Below are positions 48,774 through 56,700 of a stretch of 64,000 nt of DNA, one piece after another. The translations under genes were made by a program, and so were the position numbers. Each line of letters opens with the position of its first letter. Position 1 is the stretch's first letter. The stretch is taken from positions 62,001 to 126,000 of the IMG/VR virus record IMGVR_UViG_3300035703_000009; one strand, given 5' to 3'. Under the pieces are notes generated by a model. It saw only the letters and a program-made list of their open reading frames with translations. It ran no database searches and was not told the origin of the DNA.

Positions 48774-49263
48774 GGTTTTCGAGTATTTGTAGTGAGGCCT
48801 GAAGTAGGTCATCGAACTTTGAGTAGTTTGGAACGCGGTAACGATCACACACGATGTCAACGTTACCCTTGCGCCAAAAACCTTCTGGACAGCACACTAG
48901 TAGCTTATCAGAGTCTGCAAACTTGCCTAGCTCTAATAGGGAGATAGGTGACTTGGTGTTAGGATCAAAATACATGATGATTAGAGTTGCCTCCTCCAAT
49001 GCGGTCAATTCCCAGTTTACTTGTTGGTAGAAGTTGGCGTTTTCAAACGTTTGTTCCCAACTGGAGTCCCAGTCTTCTCTACGCGGACTGTAAACTACTA
49101 CTTCTACTCCATTTTCTTCGTAAAACTGGATGGCTTTCTTTTGCCAGTCCTCTGCCTTACCCATTTCAATGCTGCCTGCAAGAAAGATGGAAGGCTTGGT
49201 TGAATCTGAGTCTCTAAAGATCGGAGCTGGTGGTTTGATAACGTGGACGGATTGATTTTTCAT
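48766..49263 (-). CDS. Nucleoside 2-deoxyribosyltransferase-like N-glycosidase
   Basis: IFLAGSIE, PRREDWD, QVNWE, PISLLELG with the catalytic Glu. Confidence 0.8.
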   Translation of the reverse strand: MKNQSVHVIKPPAPIFRDSDSTKPSIFLAGSIEMGKAEDWQKKAIQFYEENGVEVVVYSPRREDWDSSWEQTFENANFYQQVNWELTALEEATLIIMYFDPNTKSPISLLELGKFADSDKLLVCCPEGFWRKGNVDIVCDRYRVPNYSKFDDLLQASLQILENHE

Positions 49264-49278
49264 AAAGTATATGTTATT

Positions 49279-50163
49279 TTAAAAGACATCAAGTTGACCT
49301 ACTACTGAGTTTTCAATGTCTGAATAGCTATTGCTACAGTAGATGCCGTCAAGATGCTTACTAAGCTCATCAAAGCCTGCTGAAAATATGCCGTGTGAAA
49401 CGACTAGGTAAATCTTGCCAGTTCTTTCAGGCTGGGTCTTTTTGATCTCTTCGGCGATGTTTAAGAAAGTTCGACCGCCGTCACAGATGTCATCGATGAT
49501 GATTAGATTCTTTGAGTAGTGATCGATTCTGACTGGCACGTGAGTCTTACTCAGTTTACCATCGGTGTCTCGATACTTGCTACAGGTAAGGACCTCACCT
49601 GTGAATTGTAGGTTCTTAGCAACAGTATAGATCTTCTTTAGACTACCTGCGTCAGGTGAAACAAAGACGCATGATTCTAGGAAAGAGCTGACTGCTAGGT
49701 CTCGATTAGCTGCCACACGACTGATGAATGAGCTGACTATTTGAGTATTGTCAACCACTTTAAGTCGATTGATGCAGGCAGCTGCGACATCTGAGTGAAC
49801 ATCAATGCAGGTGACGCTCTCGAACTCCAATGAGTTTAGGATAGGAGCGATCACGTCTCGTAAGTAAGAAGTTCCACCTTCAACGAACTGTCGATCGCTG
49901 CGAGCTCCCATCACGTAAGGAACATACAGGTGGATTTCTTTGACTCCAAGATTACGAAGAGCTTTGGTAGCGCAGATGATTATCTCAAGATCCTTAAAGG
50001 AGTTGAAACGTGATCTGATCTCGACCATGTCTTTTTTTGGATTGATGCTTGAATGAATGGATACTGCATCAAGCAACTGAATGTCCTGCTGGCCGTCTGG
50101 AAAACGGGAGATTTTGTACTTGATTTCTGAGCAAGACTGGTCAACTAAATTTAAGATTTTCAT
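49279..50163 (-). CDS. Ribose-phosphate pyrophosphokinase-like enzyme (Adps-like, NARP1)
   Basis: FPDGQ, PYVMGARSDR, DVHS, SPDAGS, IIDDICDGGRTF, VSHGIFS. Confidence 0.9.
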   Translation of the reverse strand: MKILNLVDQSCSEIKYKISRFPDGQQDIQLLDAVSIHSSINPKKDMVEIRSRFNSFKDLEIIICATKALRNLGVKEIHLYVPYVMGARSDRQFVEGGTSYLRDVIAPILNSLEFESVTCIDVHSDVAAACINRLKVVDNTQIVSSFISRVAANRDLAVSSFLESCVFVSPDAGSLKKIYTVAKNLQFTGEVLTCSKYRDTDGKLSKTHVPVRIDHYSKNLIIIDDICDGGRTFLNIAEEIKKTQPERTGKIYLVVSHGIFSAGFDELSKHLDGIYCSNSYSDIENSVVGQLDVF

Positions 50164-51104
50164 TCAAAACTGAATTTATTTGGAGTTAATAAAAGACTAC
50201 TTTCTGTTGATGCTGAGTCGGTACGATATTTTAGGACTGCTAGATCTTTGGCTTTTGCCTCGACCTCAACATCCACATCCAAGTCATAGTGAGGAATGAC
50301 CTCATAAATGTAATCGGCATGCGATCGATTGAGAGCGCTGGCATCTTCGTACAATCTAGTACTACTATAGTGCTGCAGCGGTTTATGTTTGTACCAAGTA
50401 GAAGCTGCAAGGTGTGCGGCTTCTTGCGGAGAGAGACCGCTTGTGCAGAATCTATGATGTAGGTGGTCAAAGGTGATCGGGCAGCCTACTCCATTATAGA
50501 TGCCGTCATATAGGTCAAGCACGCTGAACTGGGTGGCTTTATCGTCATTTTCGACAACAAGGCGGGCCTTGGTAGAGTCAGCCAGGCGATCGAAGTTTGT
50601 GCAAAACCGCTGGATTGCAGAAGGCTTGTCGCCATATGTGCCGCCGATATGGATGTTGATTGGTGCGGCATAGCTTTTAGGCAGCTGCATGAGATCCATG
50701 ATGCGTGCGTGCTGGTCCAGATCATATATCGTCTTGTCGACTATACTTTGAGTAGGAGAAGCAAGCACATCGAACTGGCCTGGGTGAAAGGAGATGCGCA
50801 AGTTGTGTTGGTGCACGAACTCGCCGATTTGCTGCATGATCCCTACTAGCTTATCATAGTTAGGTAGCTGTTCGAACATATACTCGCTCATCCAAGGAAA
50901 TATGTCACTGGACATGCGATAGACTCTAATGTCATGCTCTAGGTTCCACTGCAGTATCTTACAAAGATCTTGTAGGTTCTGTTCAGCAAGTAGAGCCGCT
51001 CGAGCAATGCCTTGTTCTAGCCATGTCTTTTTGACCATGCCTCGATTTATAGTAATCCCTTGCTCACGCAAGCTAAGGTTGATGCAACAATATCCTAATC
51101 TCAT
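50160..51104 (-). CDS. uvsE: UV-damage endonuclease
   Basis: RLGYCCIN, RMSSDIFP, FHPGQF, VENDD, FDHLHH, SHAD, EAKAKD. Confidence 0.92.
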   Translation of the reverse strand: MRLGYCCINLSLREQGITINRGMVKKTWLEQGIARAALLAEQNLQDLCKILQWNLEHDIRVYRMSSDIFPWMSEYMFEQLPNYDKLVGIMQQIGEFVHQHNLRISFHPGQFDVLASPTQSIVDKTIYDLDQHARIMDLMQLPKSYAAPINIHIGGTYGDKPSAIQRFCTNFDRLADSTKARLVVENDDKATQFSVLDLYDGIYNGVGCPITFDHLHHRFCTSGLSPQEAAHLAASTWYKHKPLQHYSSTRLYEDASALNRSHADYIYEVIPHYDLDVDVEVEAKAKDLAVLKYRTDSASTESSLLLTPNKFSFE

Positions 51105-51142
51105 ATTGCTAATGTACTACAAATGGGTGAAAACTAAAAATT

Positions 51143-51242
51143 CCGCGAGCGGGCGCCCTACTAGAGTAGCTATTATAGTAATAATTATAGTAAGAATAGA
51201 GTAATACTATAGTACTACTATAGCTACACCCACCCACCACCC
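51143..51242. other. Structured intergenic element at a strand switch (candidate origin or ncRNA)
   Basis: GC clamp, 62 nt imperfect AT-rich inverted repeat at 51166-51227, and a CCCACCCACCACCC tract. Confidence 0.45.
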
Positions 51243-51246
51243 ATTG

Positions 51247-51324
51247 TTGTACTAGCAAAAAAGCTTATGGTTTTGAGAATAAATATCATATTGAGTAGAA
51301 CTCTTTAATAACTTCAACGTATAA
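51247..51324. promoter_or_regulatory. Back-to-back bipartite promoters: minus AAACC-N16-GTACAA (51247-51273) and plus GAACT-N16-GTATAA (51298-51324)
   Basis: Both match the recurring motif. Confidence 0.65.
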
Positions 51325-51355
51325 TCATTTTAGGCCTTAAAATTATCCACAATGA

Positions 51356-52015
51356 ATGACCATTGTCAGCATAGACTTTTCCATCTTATATCCTGGAGTC
51401 TGCATCTGCAGAGATTTTACCAAGTTTAAGTGGATAGCGTTAGCTAATACTAACGTTAGAAAAAAGGATTCAGATAACTTTGATTACGTTAACTCAACTT
51501 ATCCAAACATAAAGATCTTAAGAACTACTACTAGAAGAAAAAAAGAGCAAGAATATCATCTAACTGAAAGAACCAAGCTAATCAATTACCTTGAAGCAAT
51601 CGATCTACTCGTTTCTGAAATAGAAAAAGAAGTAAATGGAGAAGACGTTCTTGCATGTCTCGAAGGAATATCCTTTGGTTCTAGCGGTAACTCGCTAGTT
51701 GACATCTCACAAGCGACTGGCATCTTAAAGTATCACTTAACTACTAGAATCCTAAAGAATCAACACGATAGATTTTTTATCTTTAGCCCAAGCGAGCTCA
51801 AAAACGCGATAGGTTGCAAAGGTAATGCAAACAAAAACGACATACTAGCGAAATTTAAGAGCGACCCAATCATAGAATCGGTAAAGCAATCTGACTTATT
51901 TAAACTCGTCAACCAAGAAAAATGGATATTAGAAGGAGACAAGATCCTTTCGCCTATTACTGACATGATTGATTCCTATTTAGGGGTGGTCAAGGTACAT
52001 GGGCTCTTAAAATAA
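51356..52015 (+). CDS. RuvC-like Holliday junction resolvase
   Basis: SIDFS..PGVC, LEGISFGS, SPSELK, DMIDSY. Confidence 0.8.
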   Translation: MTIVSIDFSILYPGVCICRDFTKFKWIALANTNVRKKDSDNFDYVNSTYPNIKILRTTTRRKKEQEYHLTERTKLINYLEAIDLLVSEIEKEVNGEDVLACLEGISFGSSGNSLVDISQATGILKYHLTTRILKNQHDRFFIFSPSELKNAIGCKGNANKNDILAKFKSDPIIESVKQSDLFKLVNQEKWILEGDKILSPITDMIDSYLGVVKVHGLLK

Positions 52016-52024
52016 TCTCGCTAA

Positions 52025-52423
52025 ATGGCAAGAAAGAAACGTGGTGATCAACACTACATCAATAATAGAGATTTCACCGACGAAATCATCAAGTGTAAAA
52101 AGACTAGCGAGCTCAGCCCGTTTGCAATCGAATGTTTTATTTCTCTGGCAAACCGAGCAGTAGATCGTCTCTACTTTAGGGATGAACGTGATCGCGAGGA
52201 CTGCATTCAGTCGGCGCTATTAGACTGCTTAAAGTACTGGAAAAGCTTTGATGAGACTCGTACTGGAACTCCTAATGCATTTGCTTACTTCACCCAAATG
52301 TGCAAGAACGGTTATGCTAAGGAATGGAAAAAGATCCATAAGAAGACCGGTTTAGATAAGGAGGATAAATTAGAGTTTCTTTCCTTAAACACTTCAGGCG
52401 AAAGCTCGATTTATAGCATCTAA
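52025..52423 (+). CDS. Late-transcription sigma factor (gp55-like)
   Basis: HYINNRDF, REDCI, CLKYWKSFD, NAFAYFTQ. Confidence 0.8.
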   Translation: MARKKRGDQHYINNRDFTDEIIKCKKTSELSPFAIECFISLANRAVDRLYFRDERDREDCIQSALLDCLKYWKSFDETRTGTPNAFAYFTQMCKNGYAKEWKKIHKKTGLDKEDKLEFLSLNTSGESSIYSI

Positions 52424-52435
52424 CCTAAATACCTA

Positions 52436-52443
52436 ATAAATAA
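52436..52443 (+). promoter_or_regulatory. Late promoter ATAAATAA
   Basis: Upstream of the large structural operon. Confidence 0.7.
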
Positions 52444-52461
52444 TACAAATAGGAAAACTTA

Positions 52462-55400
52462 ATGCTAGTCCAAAACCTAGAATTCTTTGATAAGTTTGGC
52501 CAAAACCTCAACCTAAACTTTAATGTGGCCTCTGGGGTATGGGAGGGCAAGATATACTTTGAACCTATATCAAACTATCTATTTGACAATGAAAACCTCT
52601 TTGTCTTAGAAAAAGTGGGAACTACTTATAAGTTTCCTCAGCTAGCAAACAATCAGCAATACTTTGAGTTTGCTTGGGTTTCAAACAAGACATCAAACGA
52701 ATTCTTTTTGTATGAGGTAGTTCGTGACATTCAGTTAGATGAGAAGTTCATCACCAAGATCGATAAATCAGTCATCAAGTATTCAGACATTGATCCTGTG
52801 AACACCAACTCTCTATTGGACGTGTCAATACCTTTACAAGTAAACATAGCCTTCTGTCCTACTGACGAGGTCTCTTTTGAGAGAACTCTACAGATGTTTT
52901 GGTTTAACGGCACTAGCCGAGTAAAGATCGCTGAGTTATACTTTTATGGAGAAGGAGTGGAAGAGGACACTCGATTTAGGAATTGGGCCGAAAACTTTGG
53001 CATTAGGTTTCTACGCGAGGACGCAAATATCCTTAAGAACTATGACATCAAAGAGGCTTTTCCAGACATGGAAGCCCTTAATCAGATCAGAAAGGAGCTC
53101 TTAGTGAGCAAAGACCAGGTGTACCCATACGTCGGTACTTATAAGGGACTCGTTAACTTTATCAATTTGCTTGGATACAAGGATGTGCTAAGGATCAAGG
53201 AATATTGGTTGAACTACAATCAAAGGTCGGCTTACTACAACAAGATGACCCTAATCGACATCAGCGATTACCTAGATGATGGCATCATCCAGTCGCTTGA
53301 CTTGGAGGACAAGAATCGTAACCTAAAATTTGGCAAACAATTTAAGAAGACTGAGTTTTTGGCTCTTGTTTATCAATTCACAGTCGCCACTGATAATTTC
53401 GATGACGATAACATCCCAATAGTTGAAGAGACCACTGAATTCACTGTAAACGAGATCTTCTATAAGCTGAACCTACTAAATGATAAGATCAAGAATGAGT
53501 TTCTACCGATAAATGTAAAGGTAAAGGACATAATCGGTGAGTTTATTTACTTTCAAAAGATAACTCTAACCTATTGGACCGATCCTAACCGAATCTTTGA
53601 TTACATGGTCAATGATTACGCAGAGATTGACGTTTATCCTGGGAAAGATGCGGACCTTACCTTACGTGCATTGGATCCTTTGTATCGTAGGGTCAGCGAG
53701 GTGGGCCTCGACCTTGGAGTAGCTAGGATCAACAATAACGGTTCAAAGAATCCATTTGAGTACTCTCAAGTCATCTCCACTAGGACAGAGGCTGAGAACT
53801 ACATCGAAAATATCGAGACCTTTTACACTGAGATAAAGAACCAACGAATTCCTAACCTTGGAAAGAAGCTAACTTGGGAATTCGGCGACGATCCACAACG
53901 CGTGATCGGTGCACCCACAGTTTTTACCCTTGATACTGGCAAGTTTACTTTACAGGACCTTAGGGGAGTTAGACTGGACGACTTGGATGCGATCGCACCA
54001 GGGCTTGATCCGCACTGGACTTTTCAAAACATCGATTTTAGGAACTTTTACGAGGTCAACTGGAGAATCACAAAGCCCGGACCAAACCCATATAACTTTG
54101 AGATCAGAGGCAGGATAGTAGACCTATTTGCCCTACCTCACGTATTACCCTTTGCCGGCACCTATCGAGTCATCGTTGAGCTCTTTGATTTTTCAGGAAA
54201 TGTCAGTGTCTTTAGTCGATTTGTCACAGTGCAGGACGACAAGAAACCTGAGATACTAGCAATCACCAGGCTTGAAGACAAGTTCGACTATTTCCTAGAC
54301 AACTTAAAAAACGTGAGGCTGCAAGATTTTGGAGCATCTCATCTATATTATCCAAAGGTCAATGTATTAGACAATGAAGATGCTGCTGTAAAGCTAGATC
54401 CCTATAAGAACCTATTAGAGTGGATCTCTTTTTACAAACATCGTTATGGCATGGGCCAAAGCTTATATGACGCTGAGATTTATGACTCAAACTTGGGAAC
54501 CTGGGTACCATACGCTGATACTACTCAATCTCACCCAAAGAAAGGATATTGGGGACTGGGAGAAGGCGACCTGCCAATTCAACTAAAGGACTTTAGTGAC
54601 GTTGAGGTTGGTGAACTTTATTGGATGAGAATCACTGACCTCATCTACTTGGACGATTTTAATGCAGGTTTTTACCTAATTAACCCAGCTCCAGGAAACT
54701 CAATCTTCATGTCGCTATTTTCTGAGTACGTGATCCCTAACTTTTCTACCCTAGAGGAGTTGGCAGTAATCTTAAACGATAGCGATCACCCAGGAATCAA
54801 TCTTTTTAATTACGAGGTGATTGAAGGAAAGATCCATGCACAAGCCGAATACCTAAGCAAAGAAATGTATCACATCCTTGGACATGGAGGATTTAGTCCA
54901 GGTAGTCCAGGTAGTCCAGGATTTAGTCCAGGTAGTCCAGGGTTCAGTCCTAGCCCATTTTTTGACGAGTACGTTGAAAACGGTTACGTTGAAAACGGTT
55001 ACGTAGGTAACTATTTCATCAATTCAAGCGTAAACAATACTCCTCTTACCCAAATCAATGGTACTGAGTCTAGCGACAAATACACTTTCTTTTTACCCAG
55101 AAAGGTTTTTTCGCAAAAGCTGATTGACTTTCTAACTAACATATCGCCTGTATTTGACATAGAGACTCTTTTCTTATTAGCTAAGACGAGCGACGTACTC
55201 ACTGGTGCGGTGCAAGATCCTACTTTTTGGCGAGACATCAAATGTTGGAAGTTTGTGGATGACGTGCAAATCGGCCACCTGCCTACAACCATCGACCAGA
55301 ACGCATTAAACATTAATGACATCAAGCTGTTTGAGGAAAGCTTTGCTGTTCCGGAAAATGCGATAGTCTTTTTTGTGGTAAATAGCTTAGACGGAAAAAA

Positions 55401-55662
55401 CGAGTTCTATTGGACTCTAACTGATTCTCGAACCGGTGATGTGGTCATGCAAGTGAGATCTGTGCCGTTTTTTGCATGGAAGTTTAAAGATCTTGGTACG
55501 TTTAGCCTAAGTTGCAGAGTTATCGATAACCGAGGCACTGAGTACACAAATGAGGTCAAAAACTTTGTTCAAGTTCTTGATAAAAGACAATACATCACAG
55601 GTGTCGAGAGACGACTTAACGATAGAAAGATAAAAATAATTAAGAGCGGCTCTCTGAGCTAA
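52462..55662 (+). CDS. Large structural protein (baseplate/tail-associated, PKD/Ig-like elements)
   Basis: Late promoter; GTYKGLVNFINLLGY baseplate-wedge-like motif; GTYRVIVELFD and GTFSLSCRVID Ig-like strands. Confidence 0.6.
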   Translation: MLVQNLEFFDKFGQNLNLNFNVASGVWEGKIYFEPISNYLFDNENLFVLEKVGTTYKFPQLANNQQYFEFAWVSNKTSNEFFLYEVVRDIQLDEKFITKIDKSVIKYSDIDPVNTNSLLDVSIPLQVNIAFCPTDEVSFERTLQMFWFNGTSRVKIAELYFYGEGVEEDTRFRNWAENFGIRFLREDANILKNYDIKEAFPDMEALNQIRKELLVSKDQVYPYVGTYKGLVNFINLLGYKDVLRIKEYWLNYNQRSAYYNKMTLIDISDYLDDGIIQSLDLEDKNRNLKFGKQFKKTEFLALVYQFTVATDNFDDDNIPIVEETTEFTVNEIFYKLNLLNDKIKNEFLPINVKVKDIIGEFIYFQKITLTYWTDPNRIFDYMVNDYAEIDVYPGKDADLTLRALDPLYRRVSEVGLDLGVARINNNGSKNPFEYSQVISTRTEAENYIENIETFYTEIKNQRIPNLGKKLTWEFGDDPQRVIGAPTVFTLDTGKFTLQDLRGVRLDDLDAIAPGLDPHWTFQNIDFRNFYEVNWRITKPGPNPYNFEIRGRIVDLFALPHVLPFAGTYRVIVELFDFSGNVSVFSRFVTVQDDKKPEILAITRLEDKFDYFLDNLKNVRLQDFGASHLYYPKVNVLDNEDAAVKLDPYKNLLEWISFYKHRYGMGQSLYDAEIYDSNLGTWVPYADTTQSHPKKGYWGLGEGDLPIQLKDFSDVEVGELYWMRITDLIYLDDFNAGFYLINPAPGNSIFMSLFSEYVIPNFSTLEELAVILNDSDHPGINLFNYEVIEGKIHAQAEYLSKEMYHILGHGGFSPGSPGSPGFSPGSPGFSPSPFFDEYVENGYVENGYVGNYFINSSVNNTPLTQINGTESSDKYTFFLPRKVFSQKLIDFLTNISPVFDIETLFLLAKTSDVLTGAVQDPTFWRDIKCWKFVDDVQIGHLPTTIDQNALNINDIKLFEESFAVPENAIVFFVVNSLDGKNEFYWTLTDSRTGDVVMQVRSVPFFAWKFKDLGTFSLSCRVIDNRGTEYTNEVKNFVQVLDKRQYITGVERRLNDRKIKIIKSGSLS
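54886..55004 (+). repeat. In-frame tandem repeats: (GF)SPG units and 2.3 copies of TACGTTGAAAACGGT
   Basis: Repeated AGTCCAGG units; YVENG-YVENG-YV. Confidence 0.85.
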
Positions 55663-55669
55663 TAAATAA
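55662..55669 (+). promoter_or_regulatory. Late promoter ATAAATAA
   Basis: Upstream of the ORF at 55689. Confidence 0.65.
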
Positions 55670-55688
55670 ACTAAAATAATCGATAACG

Positions 55689-56684
55689 ATGGCATTTACT
55701 CCAGTTGATCTACCGATTCAAGAGATACTGTTAACCAACTTCATCACGGATATTGCAACACTTAGCAATGCCAACTCCCTGTTGCTTAAAGATAAGCTTG
55801 AAGACCTTCTCAATAACTTTGAGATAGACACAAACACGATCTCAATAGGTACAGACAATCCAATTAACTACATCAGGACGCAGTCCATGGTCTTACAGGG
55901 ATCTGGTTTTACCTATCAGACCGGCACACCGGCTCAGATCATTGCAAAGCTCGAAAAAAATATCCTTGGCGAGTCTGTGTTTACTGTCGATCGACTCATT
56001 GCTAACGCATCAGTCAACACCGATGTCTTAACAATAAACACGATTTCAGTAGCAAATGACGTGACGATTGACCCTACGGCTACTGCCACTATAAACTCAC
56101 CAATCACTTTCACTAACTCAGTGATAGAATCAAAGGAGACAACTATCGTAGACTTTGTGAAGAATGGTCTTGATGCTGAGGGAACTATCACTCTGACCAG
56201 CACAAGCCGACAAAACATTTTTGTTAAAATCAGAACGACTACTGCTCCAACGCTAAACCCAATATATAATGGTGGAGGCGCATTTAACACAATCAGTCTA
56301 TTTGCCCTTTACATCGACTTTGACCTCAATAATCCTCCTCTAGAAAATTCAGTATTTAGAATCCACCTAGTAGACATTGTTGAAACCAACGGTAACTCGA
56401 TAATCGGTGATGTCGCAACTGCTACTATCCCGATCGTGTTTAGAGCAGGTACTAACCAAAGCACATCAACTCCTATAATCCTACAAGCAGGTTTAGGCTC
56501 AGCTTCATATGACGTTGGAATCAATCCAAATAGCACTAACGTGACAGTCAGCGATCAAGTATTGAAGAGTTTAGTGCCTACCCAATACGGACACTCTCTT
56601 TCTATGCTATACATTATCGATGAAAACTTAGACGATCGTCTGATGATTAACGGCATGGTAGGCATGGAATTCATGGTTCCGTAA
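55689..56684 (+). CDS. Putative structural protein
   Basis: T/I/N-rich beta composition; in the late operon. Confidence 0.6.
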   Translation: MAFTPVDLPIQEILLTNFITDIATLSNANSLLLKDKLEDLLNNFEIDTNTISIGTDNPINYIRTQSMVLQGSGFTYQTGTPAQIIAKLEKNILGESVFTVDRLIANASVNTDVLTINTISVANDVTIDPTATATINSPITFTNSVIESKETTIVDFVKNGLDAEGTITLTSTSRQNIFVKIRTTTAPTLNPIYNGGGAFNTISLFALYIDFDLNNPPLENSVFRIHLVDIVETNGNSIIGDVATATIPIVFRAGTNQSTSTPIILQAGLGSASYDVGINPNSTNVTVSDQVLKSLVPTQYGHSLSMLYIIDENLDDRLMINGMVGMEFMVP

Positions 56685-56700
56685 AAAATTAAAAGCGTAA

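Noticed and set aside
51166-51227. Mini CRISPR array or tRNA in the intergenic gap
   Set aside because: The repeats are short TATAGTA-type units without spacers, and there is no cloverleaf or TTC loop.
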